Origin: Microbotryum violaceum
Taxonomy: Eukaryota
Assembly: GCA_001244265.2 (NCBI GenBank)
Contig: CDLV01000010.1
Coordinates: 1,674,001-1,738,000, forward strand
Reading direction: 5' to 3'
Length of the DNA stretch: 64,000 nucleotides
The position numbers and the translations under genes were made by a program. Below the pieces are notes generated by a model that made no database searches, had not been told where the DNA came from, and was given only the letters and a program-made list of their open reading frames with translations. Below are positions 1 to 14,059 of the stretch, piece by piece; position 1 is the first letter of the stretch; the number at the start of each line of letters is the position of its first letter.

Positions 1-671
1 GTGGAGCTGATGGAAGAGTTGTTGTTTGATGCTTCCCCTTCGTCGTGTTCCTATAACAGGCTTTCCTAGCCCTGGCGAACTCCGGGCTGATCATCAAGAA
101 GGAACTCATCCTCGGTAACGAGTTCAAGTAAACAGCTAGTCTGGTCGGAGTCGGTCTGACTCATGCAGTGGCTTCCTGGAGGTGCCTGTAGGGCAGTCAA
201 CGTAAGGATAGGCATCACAGGAGGTGAAAACATTGTATGATTGGGAGGTATACACGCAATCCAAAGCGGTCAACAAGTCGTCCTTGCATCAGCAATGAAG
301 AAGGCCGAGACTTGTTGCCTTGAGCGGACCTGGCACACCATGCTCGGAGACTTCGCCGAGGCGAGATCGCAGGCTCACGTCATCATGAGGAAAACCGGAC
401 TTGAGCGGGGATTTTTCCGTCACCTTTCTGTTCTCTCTGTTCCCTATCACATTATCACTTCTATCAAACCCTAGCCTTCCTTTCCATGTCAGTATGAAAC
501 TGAAGTGGCCGTATTCGTGGTCATGGACGGACTCCGTCTCACTCTCCGCCTTCCGTCCATGAATGTGGGGCGGCACCCGGCTGTTGAACACGCCGGCGGT
601 CGATCGCCATGAATCCTATGCTGAGGATGCTCACACCTCCCGCGGCTCTTGCACAGACCAACAAGAACACC

Positions 672-2072
672 ATGTCGCCCTCAATTCCTTCCACTCAGTC
701 CCGTGTTATCCTGATCAACCGACCTACAGGTGACATCAACCCCGACATCACCTCAGGCAAGGGCACCTTCAAGCTCGAGAAGGATGTCCCCGTCGAACAG
801 CCCAAGGAAGGCCAAGCCTTGATCAAGGTCGAGTGGAGTTCCATCGATCCGGCCATGCGAGGTGAGCTAGCTTCTACCTGTTTCTTTGCAAATATAATGA
901 TAAGTTGTGCTTGTGTGAAACAGGATGGCTCGACGACTCGCGATCGTACATGCCCCCCGTTCCCCTCAACTCAGTCATGCGCGCCGGCACTGTCGGCTCC
1001 ATCGTCGCCCTCGGTTCCAACACCGAAGGCTTCTCCATCGGCGACCACGTCTCGGCCTACGTCGGATGGCAAGAATACGCTGTCGCCCCCGTCGCGGCCC
1101 TGCAGAAGATTCCCACGACTCTCAAAGGACCTGAGAAGGCCCTTTCCGTTTTGGGCACGGTCGCTCAGACCGCTTACTGGGGCTTGTTCGACGTCGCTCA
1201 ATTGACCTCCAAGGACAAGGTGGTCGTCGTCTCGGGAGCCGCCGGTGCCGTCGGGTCGATTGCGATCCAATTGGCCAAGTTGACCGGGTGCGAGAAGGTC
1301 GTCGGTATCGCCGGTGGTGCGGACAAGTGCCGCTACGTCAAGGAAAAGCTCGGTGCAGATGACTGCCTCGACTACAAATCTGCGAGCTTCAAGGAGGACT
1401 TGAAGCGTCTCGGCTTCGTGGACGTCTACTTTGACAACGTCGGTGGCGAGATCCTGGATTTGGTTATGGGCCAACTGGCTGTGCACGCTCGCATTGCTTG
1501 TGAGTGGGTTCGAGACCCCTCCCTCTGACGTGAAATTGCGCTAATATGACATTCCTTCTGTGTTCTTTACCTCGCCAGTCTGCGGCGCTATCTCGTAGGT
1601 TTTGATCAAGTCCCGTTTAGCAAAGGCATGCTGGTGATGGATCCGGCTACTGACGCTCGCACTGATTCTCCCAACAGCGCTTACAATTCGACTGGTGATC
1701 ACTACGCGCTCAAGAACTACGTCCAACTGCTCATGCAAAAGGCCAAGCTTCACGGTTTCATCATCATGGACTACGTCTCTCGCTTCGGCGAATCCCTGCG
1801 TGAGTTTGACTCCTGTTTTTGATCAGGCACCGTGCCTGAAGCGCGGGTATTGCCCTGACGAACTCGTACAATGCTCTTTATCAATGTTTTACCAACCCTT
1901 CCTACCCATTTTCTCGAAATCAGCCAAGCTCTCAAAGTGGTACTCGGAAGGCAAGCTCCAACTTGCCGAGCACAAGATCGAAGGTGGTGTCGAGCAATGC
2001 GTCGATGCGCTCTGCGGGTTGTTCACCGGTGTTAACACGGGCAAGACGATGGTCCATATTGCCAAGAACTGA
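672..2072 (+). CDS. NADP-dependent alkenal/prostaglandin reductase-like oxidoreductase (MDR family), 5 exons
   Basis: SIDPAMRGW, VVVSGAAGAVGS Rossmann motif, DVYFDNVGGEILD and C-terminal GVNTGKTMV; ORF pieces joined by GT-AG introns (e.g. 862-923). Confidence 0.9.
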
Positions 2073-2589
2073 GGGGAAAGTCATTAGGGGGTGTACCTAA
2101 ATTGCAAATGAAATTGAGCCGAGATTGTCAGATGAGCGTCATGGTAGACGGAGAAAAATGACCCCCGAGTTGATAGCTTCAAGTTGAACCGGCGGGCAGG
2201 CCTGAAATCCGTCACGATTCACGTACAGCGGAGAGGTAGTTGCGGAACAACAAGTCAATGTCCACTTAATACAACTAGCAGCTGTGCTCGTGCGGCGGTG
2301 CGCGGCGCCTGCAATTTCAGATCCTCGGTCATTGCAGCACCCTTCTCTCGAGGGGCGGCCGTGCGCCGCACCTGGCAGGATCAAGCACTGCTGGTTCTCT
2401 CCCTTCTTTCAGTTCCTTTGGATTGCGTTAGCGTCCAGCGCGTCAGGTGGCCGTGCTTGGTGAAAATGGCTTAGTTCGTGATTTCGATCTCGATAAGAAT
2501 CATTTTCTCAGTCTCAGCTGCCACCGCATCTATTTTCTCTACCTGCGGTCTCGACGACACCAATCAAGAGCAAGGGTTTGCGAACGATT

Positions 2590-3862
2590 CTAGTTCTTCT
2601 TGCTCCTCTTCTTGGGCCTCGACTTGTCCTCTTCTTCTTGCTCCAAGTCGATCTCGGCGTTCAAGTCCTCTGGGTCATCCTCGTCGTCGTCGTCCTCGTC
2701 GTCCAGTTCGCCTTGGTCGAACTCGTCCAGTTCGTCGTCGTTGTTTTCAAAGAGAAACGAAAGACCAGCGGCGTATCTGCGAGGTGTCAAAAATTCAGAT
2801 ATTTCAGGAAATGTTGAGAAAAGGTTGGAGGAAAGGGAAGAATGGAAGTACGCCATCCCCAAGAGGACGTGAGCACTCACTCGGTCGCATGGGCGAACCA
2901 CTCCAAGAGGGCCTCCCCGACGCCCATCTTGTCCTCGCCATCCTCGCTAAAGAGGTTGAAGAAGCTTCCCGCGCCGTCGAACTCGTCGAACTCCTCCAAG
3001 TCCTCGAGATTGGGTCTCGGCGCCTTCTTGACCAAGTTGTGCTCGTCCGAGGTCCACTTGATCGCGTCCTCCTTGGAGGGGGCCAAGAGGTAGAGCGGGG
3101 CTTCGAGATCATACGGTTTTGCCGGGGTCGTTGAAGAAGGGTGCTCAATTGAGAATTTCTTGGTGAGGGTCTTGTTGCTGAAGAAAGGGTTCTTGGCATC
3201 AAAGGTCTGCGGGTCCAGAGACGAGACAGGGTCAGTTTGGTCAGTCATGAAGGATCCTTCGCCTTTGCCCAGGGGAACACGGAACGGACCAAAGTGATCT
3301 CCCAATTCCTCGGGTCCTTGTCATCGTGCTGGATCCACACATCCGAGAGGTGATTGAAGACGTCCTCGTCGACGGCGTCGATCAACTCGGCGACCTGACG
3401 ACAGTTTTGGAGACTGCGCGCCCAGAACGAAGGCACCTTGGCCGCGATCTTGGATCGCTCGAGGAAGTTGGTGCGTTGGGACGCTACTTTTACTTTGTCT
3501 GGGTAGTGAAAGAAAGGGAGGTCAGATTGGTCTGGGTGGGAAGGGGAGGGGAGGGGAGTGGAAGTGGGGCAACGTGCGAGGAGGGAGAGAGAGAGGTGAG
3601 CGACTGACAAGCCTCAAAGTGCAGCTTTTGGTACTCGTCCAAGTTCTGGTCGAATGCCTCGGCGACTTCGGAGCCGAAAGCTTCGGTGAGGAGTGTCTTG
3701 CGGTCTTCTGTACGAGGGCGGAAAGCGGAGGCGTGTTTTGCCGCGCGAAGGCGAGAGCGGGACGCATGTGAGGAAGGGAGAGAAGAGGGTGTGTGAGCAT
3801 AGTTCAAGGCCAGGTTACTGATCGATGAGTAGAATGGACTTGCGAGGTGCTTCTGTGGACAT
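2590..3862 (-). CDS. Nucleosome assembly protein (NAP/SET/Vps75-like) histone chaperone, spliced
   Basis: KVPSFWARSL, NPFFSNKTLTKKF and GSFFNLF motifs, acidic tail ending in RPKKRSKKN; start at 3862 is inferred through a GC-AG first intron. Confidence 0.85.
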
Positions 3863-4030
3863 GTTTGGTGTTGCTGGAGGATGAGTGGGCGAAGGGCGAA
3901 CGAGTTGGCGCTAGTTTGTGGGTGCGAAGAGACGAGCCGCGCCATAGAACTGCCATCGACTGCGATATTAGACAGGCAGGGCAATTGCGCATTAGCCGCC
4001 ACGTCGAGCCTAATCGCGCATTTCGTCGGG

Positions 4031-4045
4031 CGCGTTGCGACGCGT
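4031..4045. promoter_or_regulatory. Possible MCB (ACGCGT) cell-cycle boxes in the divergent NAP/CHK1 promoter
   Basis: CGCGTT at 4031 and ACGCGT at 4040 within the ~265 bp between the two starts. Confidence 0.3.
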
Positions 4046-4127
4046 GCGGTCGACCGTCATCGGGTCATCGGTGCTCTGCAAACTCGTCTCTCTCCCCCCT
4101 CGCACCTCGCTTGGACTGTCCATAATA

Positions 4128-6599
4128 ATGGCCTCCACCTCGGGCTCACTGCCACCGCTCGTCATCCTCGGTTACCAACTGCGCGAACAGATCGCGTCGG
4201 GCTCGACGTCGCGCGTGTACCGAGCGCGACACCAATCACCGAACCATGCGCACCCCTTCGCAGCCGTCAAGGTGGTCCGTCTCGACGACCGCGTGCACGA
4301 CTCGATCATGCAGCGGAAGCAGCTCGTCAGGGAGATGAGGATCCACGAGACGCTCAAGCACGGCAATGTGCTCGAGCTGTTTGGCGGGGTCAGTCGCATG
4401 CAGGACAGCGACGAACAGAACGGCTGGCCAAAAGGGCTCTATCTGTGTTTGGCACTGGGTGAGAGAGGTTGCAGTGTAAAGTCCTTGGCTCGACATGCAT
4501 GCCGACTCTTGCCGACTCTGTGTTACTGCAGCCGATGGCGGTGATTTGTTTGACAAGATTCGTCAGTTTCAATTTTGACTCGTTTCCGCCAGTGCAACCA
4601 CGTGGAATATGATCCTCAATACTCACGCCGTTACCTTCTTCAAATAACAGCACCCGACTTTGGAGTCCCAGAAGATATTGCCCACCTATATTTTACTCAA
4701 CTCGTCGAAGCACTCGTCAGTCGCGCCAGAGCAACGTTTTTTAACATTGCGCGCAGCCGCTCCTGTTCTGAGACTCGCTTTTCCCTTGCGCTGCTCCATA
4801 GAAATATCTCGGGCGACAAGGCATCTGTCATCGGGATATCAAGCCTGAAAATTGTCTCTTGGATGCTCATGGTCAGTCTTGCGCACACCCTGTACTCATC
4901 CACGACCGCAATGCTCAGACCAGCGAGTTTTCGCAGGCAACTTGAAGCTCTCGGATTTTGGATTGGCAACCGTGTTCAAGTACAAAGGGCAAACGAGGTT
5001 GTTGAAGGATCGATGTGGGAGTCCGCCATATGGTCAGCCATAATCCGACTCCGGTGCGGTTCAGTTTTGAGAACTGACACTGCAAAATCGGCTCTTTATC
5101 CGGCAGCTGCACCCGAGGTGAGGTGGATCAGGTTTGTTAGCGCGCCGCTCCGCATCCTGAGCTGAGGAATTCTCTTGTCCCGTTGATTTCTACACAGCTC
5201 GCTCTTGTCGACCCTTACGCTGGCGAGCCAATCGACGTCTGGTCTGCCGGTATCTTGCTCTTCACCCTCCTCGTCGGTAGTGAGTCTCTTTTTTCCTTCT
5301 TTATTTCTTTTCGCTGTCCCGACCCTTCTTCTGCTCTTCTGATGCGTTTCTGGGACCTAGACACACCATGGGACGAACCGACGCGCAAGTCTCCCGAGTT
5401 CGTCGAGTTTGTAGAGGGGAGATTCAGATCGCAGGAACCGTGGAGACGGATTGGCGCCGCACCGATGGGTACGTCTTGGAATTTCATCATGACCAAATCT
5501 AGCGCCGATCGCTAATTCCATTCACTGCATTCTCCACCCATCATCTCGCTTCTTTCAGACTTTCTGTTGAGGCTGCTGAACGTCGATCCGAGTCGAAGGT
5601 TAGGGCTGGATCAATTCGGATTGCACGAGTGGTACAGAAGGTGAGAGAGTGAATCTTGTGAAACTTGAAACAAGATTTGCTCATTCCTTCGGGTGAAATC
5701 CCTCCTCGAAGAGAAAACGATTTACTCGGCCCGGACCGCACAACAGTTGTTCGACCTGCCGAGCTAGCTAAGAGGTTGACGGATGCATTGCATAGGACCG
5801 GATGGTTAGGCGCGCCGAGCCAGGCTTATGTGACTGCGTGAGTCAAGATTCTGAGCTGCTTGGCATGCGAGAAGCTCACTAAGTTACCGTGACCGCTGGG
5901 ACTCGCTTACGCAGAACGCAAGCGAGCCAACGAGGGCAGCAAGCAATGTCGATGACGTTCCAAGGCTCAATACAACTCTACGTGTGTTGCAGCGCATGTC
6001 TGAACAAGTCCTGACGAGTAGAGAGCTGATGTCGGGTCCTAATGTCCCGCACGCAATAGTCTCAACTCTCGATGGCTCCAACACAACGATCGAATCCGCA
6101 CTTGACCCGATTCTTCTCCACCCTACCCCTCGAGACACTCGTCCAGTACGTCGACCAAGCTTTCTCTGCCCTCGCACAGCACTCTATCCAGCAACCGTCG
6201 TCGAGTTCGAGCCCCTCTTCAAGCGCGCTTCACGCGAGTGCAGGGTTGAAGCATGAGATCATCTCAATGATCGCTCCTACTTCGACGACAACGGGGAATG
6301 CCCCGAGACCTAAACCCATGGCTCGGTTCAAATTCGGAATGAAGGATCGACGAGGGGAGAAGTTGACCGGTAGTTTGTCCGTCACCGAGTCGGTGCTTCC
6401 CGATCTCAATGACGACCCTTCGTCGAATGCGGGTGGTATGGACGTCGACGATGAGGATGCCAAGATGGGGGCCGAGGATCGAGGGACCAAAGGATGGGAT
6501 GTGGTGATGTGGAAGAAGTCGGGGGATCCGATGGAATTGAAGAGGGTGTGGAAGTTGCTTTGTTCGTTCCTTCCGGATGGGACCGTCTTTGCAACCTGA
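4128..6599 (+). CDS. CHK1: Checkpoint serine/threonine kinase Chk1, multi-exon
   Basis: [40 protein letters not shown]-terminal Chk1-type motifs LTRFFST and [14 protein letters not shown]. Confidence 0.9.
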
Positions 6600-6668
6600 T
6601 CCGATTCCTCAGTGCAATTACATCAAATATAGAACGGAGAGGTGATTCGTACGAGCGGCTTGCTCCCG

Positions 6669-7987
6669 CTATGCATCTCGGATCAGTTCAATCCCTCGTT
6701 GAGCCAGTTCTTCCCTCAACCTCGCCCCGACCAAAAAACCCAAACATGCCCCCGATCGGTCTCTCCAGAGCATCCTCCTCAGATTCGGCATCTTGTCATC
6801 CTTGAGCTCGTGTAGGACCATACGCGAGACTTGGAGTCCCGTATCCTGGTAGCCTTGTTCGGTACGGTTCGGGTTCTCGGCTTCTCGGTCGAGTAAGAGG
6901 GTCAGGAAAGTGATGCTTGGTGGGAGGACATGGATTAGGAGCTGTACCCAAGGGACCGCGGTGAAGAGGGAGAGAGTTAGATCGGTGAGAGTTGGCGGGC
7001 ACTGGGGCAGAAGGATCGTCCATGCGTCTATTGAGTCGAAGTCGTAGCAAAAAAAGTCAGGCCATATTACTCGTCGAGGCGCCATCAGCACGAACTCACT
7101 CATCTGCTGGCTCAAATTGACATCGTACGGTCTTCCCGAGGCTCCCCAGCCAGGGCTGAAGGTCAAGCTCAGCTTCTTAAGTCCCGATTGTCGCGAGGAA
7201 TCCTCCGTCTGTGAAGATGAGCTGGAGCGCTGTGGCGTGCTCGTGAGGGTTTGCATGCACCACAGGTACTCCATACGTTGCATATCGAGCGCTTCTACAA
7301 TCGACAAGGACTCGAGGTGGTTTCTTCCATGTATGATCTTGTCGAGGCTGCCTCTGGCCGAGCATCCGAACACGTTGCGCAGTTCGAGATGGCGCTCGGG
7401 AACCGGGTTGCATGAGTCCGCCAGGCGATTGTCGAGGCTTGGGTTCAAGAGGCGCATGTCCTCCGGATGGTAGACTGCGAGCCTCGAGACTGACAAGGAG
7501 GCCAAGGGGGGAACTGCAGGTGATATCTAACTCCAGTCAGACTGCGCAAGCAACTTCAGTGACAAGACTTTATCGTCTCACCTCGGCCAAAACTCAGGAA
7601 GTCGTGGGGGATGTGCAAGCCCTCTACCCGAAGGGCCCTTAGACCGGGGAACATGCGCAACGCGATGTAGTCGCCGAAGAGGTTGTTAACGCCACGCTCG
7701 TGCTCGGCGATGATCCATAACTCTTTGACGGCCCGCTGGAGGAATTGAAGGTCGGAGGCCCGCAAGACCTGAACGAACTGAGTGAGCTTTTCCGTTGTAG
7801 AAAGGATCACACGTGACCAGAGTTGGGGCTGAGCGTAGGCACGCCATTGCGATGAGACGAGGCAGCAAGCGCGGAGGGTCGTGAGATCTTCAAGCTGGAG
7901 CATCCAGAGCGGCGTAGATGGAAGAGGAACGAGGTGGGGTAAGATGGCTTCTATGAGTTCGGGTGGTAGACGGGGCCTAACATCCAT
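6669..7987 (-). CDS. F-box domain protein, 2 exons
   Basis: RLPPELIEAILPHL...TLRACCLVSSQWRAYAQPQLW F-box-like N-terminus followed by LRR-like segments; intron at about 7582-7516. Confidence 0.75.
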
Positions 7988-8948
7988 CTTGGCGGCAAGT
8001 GCGTCGAGTCACAGGGCGTTGGGGTACTCGAAAGTGCTGCCGTAAGTGGAAACGATGCGGGGACCAGTGGATGGAACGTCTAGGGCAGATCGACAGCCGT
8101 CCAGGACTGAACGAGTGGTCAGCCCCAAGACTACTGATAGAACCAGCGTCAAAATGTCTCCGTTGGTTCGGAAGATGAGATGACATGACCCGGGGGCGAG
8201 ACGGAGATCGACCTGTAGTCACCGTGCCGTCGGCAGTTCCCGCGCGGCTGTCTCAGGCGGCCGCCGCGCTGGATTGCGGGGCCCCATTTGCCATTTCTAT
8301 CTGACAGTGTCCCCTGGCAGCTAGGCGAGTAGCGCAGCAACATTACTTGAAAGCTGGAACGCTTTCAGTCAAGCAGAATATGCTGTTGAAGGCAGTGATC
8401 TCTCATGTAGTTTCGACAGGCAGATAGGGGTTCACTCAGCCTGGTTCGCGCGCCGAGGGGCTATGCCGTGACTTTCAGTTCGGATTTGGATGAACGCGGA
8501 GATTCGGGCAGGTGCAAGTTGATAACCTATGTGTAAAGAAAGAGTGGGGTTAAGTTGTGGTCTGTTATATCCCACGAAGAATTACTGCTGGCAAGGTGCG
8601 AGATGGCCAGGAGACGAAGAGAGGGTGCGACTTAAGCACCTGCGATGCGAATGACACCATTTCACGCCCCCAGGGGCTAGAAAAGCTCCAAGGGTTCGAA
8701 AGTGTGAGCTGGCATTCGTCACTCTTTTGCACCGTGTAGATACCTCGTTCACACAGTGACAACCCTCTTGATTGGTTGCACCTGTGGGTATGGGTGCCGA
8801 ATCAGACACTCAGAACAGAGTTCGGGGAGCCGAGGGTCAACAACAAGGAAAATGGTACTGCAATGAAGAAATACAAGTCACCCCTGCCTCATAGGTCTGG
8901 TAATGCTAATTAGATGAATGCGCACGACCTTGAATGAGCCTGAAACCC

Positions 8949-11908
8949 CTAATGATGCCCCGCGCGGACATTGAAGAGCTTCGCAGCCACGACCTCACCC
9001 GCCACGATCTGTGGAGACGCAATGTCATGGTATGATCAGGGCTTACGGTAATTGTAAGAGGTCAACACGGAGAAAAGTACGCACTCCAATGCCGATACTA
9101 GCCGCAACGACGTACCCCCCCAAAGAGGACCATGACAGTGGCCCACCCGGACCCACCCCCGGATCACCCGCTCGACCAGCTTTCGGGCCATCTTCGCCGT
9201 CTTTGCGATACGCCATGATGTCATGGGATGTTTCCCTCGACCTCGCGCTGTTCTCGAGTGACGCCGCATCCATGCGATCTCTGTGCTGACGGTCGAGAGC
9301 GTTTGCTCGGGCCTGCCTAGACGCCTCGATCTCGTTCAGAGTGAGTTGGTGAGCAACCCAAGATGACATGGCCGCGTCAACCCGTGCTGTCGATTGTGGA
9401 GACGATTCATACATCGAAGACGAGGATGGCGACCCATATCCGTAACACGCGTGCGCGTGTTGTTGCTGTTGTGCCAGTGGATGGTGCGCGGGGGCTGGGA
9501 GCAAGCGATTTTCGAGCGATGCTAATCGTTGGGTCAGAGCCTCGAGAGCTGTGGTCGTATTTTGCCCTTCACAAGCGTTCGACGATGTGCGACTCTGCAG
9601 TGTTCTGATAGGGTCGGGTAGATCACCTGCGATTGAAACTGCTGCCTCGGATCCGCCATGAATACTTGCAGCAAGCGCTTCCTCAACCTCGTCCATTCTT
9701 CGGGCAAGAGCCTCGAGTTGGGATCCTGTGAGCAACGAATATTTCAAACCTCAGATGAAAATCCAAAGCGCAAAACAAATTGGTGTTCGAAACTTACGTT
9801 TGACCAAGACCATACTTCTTCTCTTACCCTGCGTCGCACCGATCTCCCATTCGACCAGGTCATCCGCTCCATCGGCACCAACGATCGTTGACCTTCTCGT
9901 CATTGATGATGTCGAGGTCGAGATCGTGGATACCCTCGGAATTTCGAGGTCGAACAAGGTCGCCAGCGAACGGCGCTTCTCCTCTTTTGACATCCGACTG
10001 CCACTTCGGGTCGTGGGTGGTTTCGAGGGAACGCGCTTGCGAGGGTGCGGATTGGGAGACGAGGTCGAAGCGAATGGCCCACGGATGGTCTTCACTTCGG
10101 TCGCATTGGTGGTGGAGATGGGACTGGGAACCCTATTTGATGATGTTCCAAGGTGGGTTCGATCGACCTCCGAGTCTAGGGGCAGGGCGGATTCCGCGCT
10201 GAAGACATCTATCGCAGATGTCCTCATCGAAGCAGTTCGGGTGGTTAACGGTCTCGCAGTAGGATACCCCCCCTCATCCGCCTTGTCCATGGTTCGTGAT
10301 GTTTTCCGAGATGGAACACGAAACTCGGTATGTACATCTCGGCTCTGCTGCAGTTGCTGGACATACGCTCCTTCGTCGACTGAAGCGGTCGACGCGTTTG
10401 AATCGATCGAATCCTGTATCCCGTGTCCACGTGCGTCTCGGGCCGAGTGGCGACAGTAATTCTCCTTTTGTACCGTAGCATCGTAGTTCGGTCCCTTTTT
10501 CTCCCTGCGCGTAACCCTCGGTGATCCTCCCGATCTCGACTTGACCGGGGAGCTTTCCCGACTCCCCTCATCGACCCTTTCAAATACACTCGCCATGCCT
10601 CGAACACGACTCCCTCGATGAGCGCCCCTCCCACCAGTTGACGAAGCGGAGTAGTTCAGCAGTCGCTTCCAAGACTGTTTCCATTCTTCTTTGATGAGGT
10701 CGTCCTCGAGTTGGTTCTGCCCCTCGACTTCGAGGGCGCACGAAGAGGCTGAAGAGGAGTTGTGGCGAAGTAGAGGCGGGGCATACGAGTGAGCTGTGGT
10801 GCCAGATGCGTGGCTTTGCGGCGGTGACTGGGACCGAAGGTACGGCATACCACTGCCAACAGAGGGTGGCCGAGAATCACATGTCGAGCCCGAGCCGGAA
10901 GAGCCAGAGGAAGACCCCGCAAGACGTCGAGTTCGAGCCGTTGAGGCCGACAGAGCCGACGATGCGGAACGAACAGAAGTGGAAAGGCCTAGCAAAAGGT
11001 GAGCACCGTCAAAATCCCGATTGAGCGCAGCTCCGGACGCCGACTTGTTTCCACCATCGCTGTCCTTGACCGCTATCGGCGCTGCTCCACCCTCAAAGCC
11101 CCAAAAGAGCCTCCCATCGGAAGCCTCTTTCTTCAGAATTTCTCGAGCGTCGCTCAAAGCTCTCCTCCATCGTAGATTGATGCCCATTTCTTCCATGTCC
11201 TCGTCTCGAAGCCTGAGGAATGTTCGGCCCGACAAGCGAGACTTCTTGATGAACTCGGTGATGTCTTTGGAGAGGAGTGGGTGGAGAGAGAGACGGGCGG
11301 AGAGGTAGAGAGAGAGATGAGACGGGAGCCAGAGCTTTGGATTCGGCTGCATGGAGATGGGCGGAACACGTCAGTGCTGTTTCCCAGCTGCGAGGGCGCG
11401 ACAAAAGGATACGCACAGGTAGGTCCTCAAGATCATGCTTCCACCTGTCCCACGCCTGACCACTCGCACTCGATCTCAGCACGACCTCGGAATCACTCTC
11501 GTACTTTCTCGGATCATGAATCCTACTCGGTCCAGCCTCATCCTCGTCATCGAGCACGTCTTCGCTCCCCAAAGAAGACGAGGACGAAGATACGCTCAAC
11601 CGATGACTGGCCACGCCGCCGCTCAGCGTCGGAGCGTACTCGCCTTGCTCGACCAGCGCCGCTCGCGTCGAGGCTTTCGATGCGACACCAAGAGGCTGAG
11701 AGCGGATGTAACCCGACGACGGGAGATGGACCGGATGCTGAAAGTTAGGGATCGAGGAGGTTGACGAGGAGGCCCGGTGGCGTGTCGCGAGCGATCGAGA
11801 AGGTGACGCTGAGGGGGAAGTCACGGCGTTCGAGGCAGCAGACGTCGAAGCGGTTAGGGGTAGGTCAACGACGTCTTGGCCCCTGGCCTCGCTACCTGTG
11901 GAGTACAT
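8949..11908 (-). CDS. Uncharacterised protein with SAM-like domain, coiled coil and C-terminal membrane anchor, 4 exons
   Basis: ORFs 11908, 11352 and 9747 link through GT-AG introns; LSGRTFLRLRDEDMEEMGIN is SAM-like; last exon IVAGEVVAAKLFNVRAGHH-stop completes a hydrophobic tail. Confidence 0.7.
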
Positions 11909-12894
11909 GTTGCTGACACTCCTCTGAAAGTCAGAGAGAAATTAAAGAAATATACGCGGGACGAAGTTGCTCAAAAACGAACCTATTCCCCTGCGCAATG
12001 CCTTGACCGCGGCGGACGGACATGTCCTCAACTGTGCCCGACGACGGAGCCCGGCCCATGCCATTCGTCAGTTTGTCGAACGAAGCTTGTCGTTGTCGAT
12101 TCGTCTCATCGCCCAGTACGGCCTTGGAATAAGGAGTCAGAGTGTTTTTGATCGTGTTGCGATCCTGTAACATGAGGCTCAAGCGGATCAGTGACTTTGA
12201 CCGGATCATTCCGGGTCTCGGCCGCTCCAAAGACCCGGACGGCGGGTGGGGCGGCGCGTGCTTCACGCTGCGCGAAGGGCACAAACATGTCCGTCCATCC
12301 ACACCGAAGCCAGCGAGCGTACCTCAATCAAAACGATGGATTGCGCAAACTCGTCCAAGTCGAGGTAAGTTGACTCCCGTGACATTCCACAAGTAGCCAC
12401 CGCTAAGGCCTGTACGTCGAGTGACGAGAGCCGAGCTGATCCAGTCCGGGGAAGGTGTTGATCCAACGCGCGCCGGCGCAGGAGGCGAGAAGGCCCGAGC
12501 GCCCGAGTCGCGAGTGCTGGTAGCGCTCCTCTGCAACTTTGAGCAGGGATCAAACCGGTGTGGTGTAGTAAAGGATGGAATACAGTCGATGTGGAGGGGA
12601 GTCGTGGGTACAGATCGAGGTGTTGATGCTAGATGTCTGATGGGCTCAAGACAAGCATGGTGCCGGCAGCGAGTCGAGCGCGCGCCTCAAGGATCGTTGA
12701 GCATAACGATCGGAACCTTGAGTGCCTACAGGGCTCCGAATTCCCTTGATCGCACGCAACTTGCAAAACTCAACTCAAAAAGCAAGCGGGTGACCGCATT
12801 CCCTAAACGCTGACTTTTGATAAATCTTGGCTAGCTCTAAAGCATTCGGATCGTGGTCGAGGTCATACAGCTGGCCTCTTTCAACTAAATCAGA

Positions 12895-14059
12895 TCACAT
12901 TTTCTCTAGACTGGCCGACGAAGGCTCTTTCCTCGCCGAATCGACTTGAGCTTTATCGAGCGAGACAGCGTCGATCGATTCGATACCGAGCTCGTACCTG
13001 AATGAAGAGAATAACAGGGCATATTCACGATCAGTCTCTCAAGCCTGACATGCATTTTGAGCGCTTGTTCGGGTCCAGACTGACCTTCCCTGCTTGGGAC
13101 CCAAGACGGAGATGCCGACTGTCCGAGCTTTGGCGCGATACATCTCGATCTGAAGCTCACTCATGTCACCCGAGTTGGTGAGAGCAAAGTCTTCTAATGG
13201 GATCAAGACGTCGCACCATTCGTGGGGAGCTTCAGGGGAGGTAGGAGAAGGCAGCCACAGTCGATGTTGGAACAGGTCGGATCGGACTGTGGGGGACGGA
13301 GGGAGAGGCGGGTGAGTGTGCGAGCTCAACGTACCCGGCAACAAAATCACGTTTCCAGACCTACCTGGTCCATCGGTCTGGATGTTGACGAAGTACTTCA
13401 TACCATCACCGGAGCTTTTGACGCGTAATCGAAGAAAGTCGTGCAACTCCGTGTTCCAGAACCGTGTTCCGAACACGGTCGTACGTTGCTTTTGGCAGAC
13501 AAAGCGAATACAACTTATCAGTAGGGTTGAACCTCAAATCGGGAAGAGTACTAGGGCTATAGTACCTTTGTCCTGAATCCAGCATACCCTCCTCGTTCGA
13601 TGACGCCCTCTTTCCGTCGACCTGTGTGCAACTCGTTCGACAGCGATCCCCAGAAGCGTCCCTTTCCTTCGGGTCCCAAATCGAGATTGGCGATAGATTT
13701 GCCGCCTGCGACGATCAGTGACGGTGTTAGCCTCATGAGTGGTGTTGTGGTGTGCCCGATGGCAAGTGAGCTTCGGACGGACTAACCGAGATCGGCATCG
13801 CAGCCCTTGATGAACTGGCGAAGGTCCTCGCTCGACTTGAGCGTCACGAGAGGCAGGACTGTTCCATGTATGGGGGTGGGCTGAGCTCGAAGAACTGCCG
13901 AGCAAAATTATGACGCCGTAGCGATAGGGGTTAGCCAGCTCTGTTCGTTCGAGTGCCATATTGGGCTACAAGCTCGTGCGGCTTGGACTGACCGTCCGCG
14001 GATCGATCACGGAGATGCTCGATGGAGCGTTTCAGGTAGGATCGCCATGCCGAGGCCAT
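12895..14059 (-). CDS. CIA30: Mitochondrial complex I intermediate-associated protein 30 (NDUFAF1 family), multi-exon
   Basis: GCDADIGG-like motif, GYAGFR, LRLRVKSSGDGMKYFVNIQTDG, DLFQHRL, YELGIESIDAV. Confidence 0.88.

Noticed and set aside
1-600. Possible gene remnant at the window start
   Set aside because: Frames are interrupted by stops and I recognise no similarity
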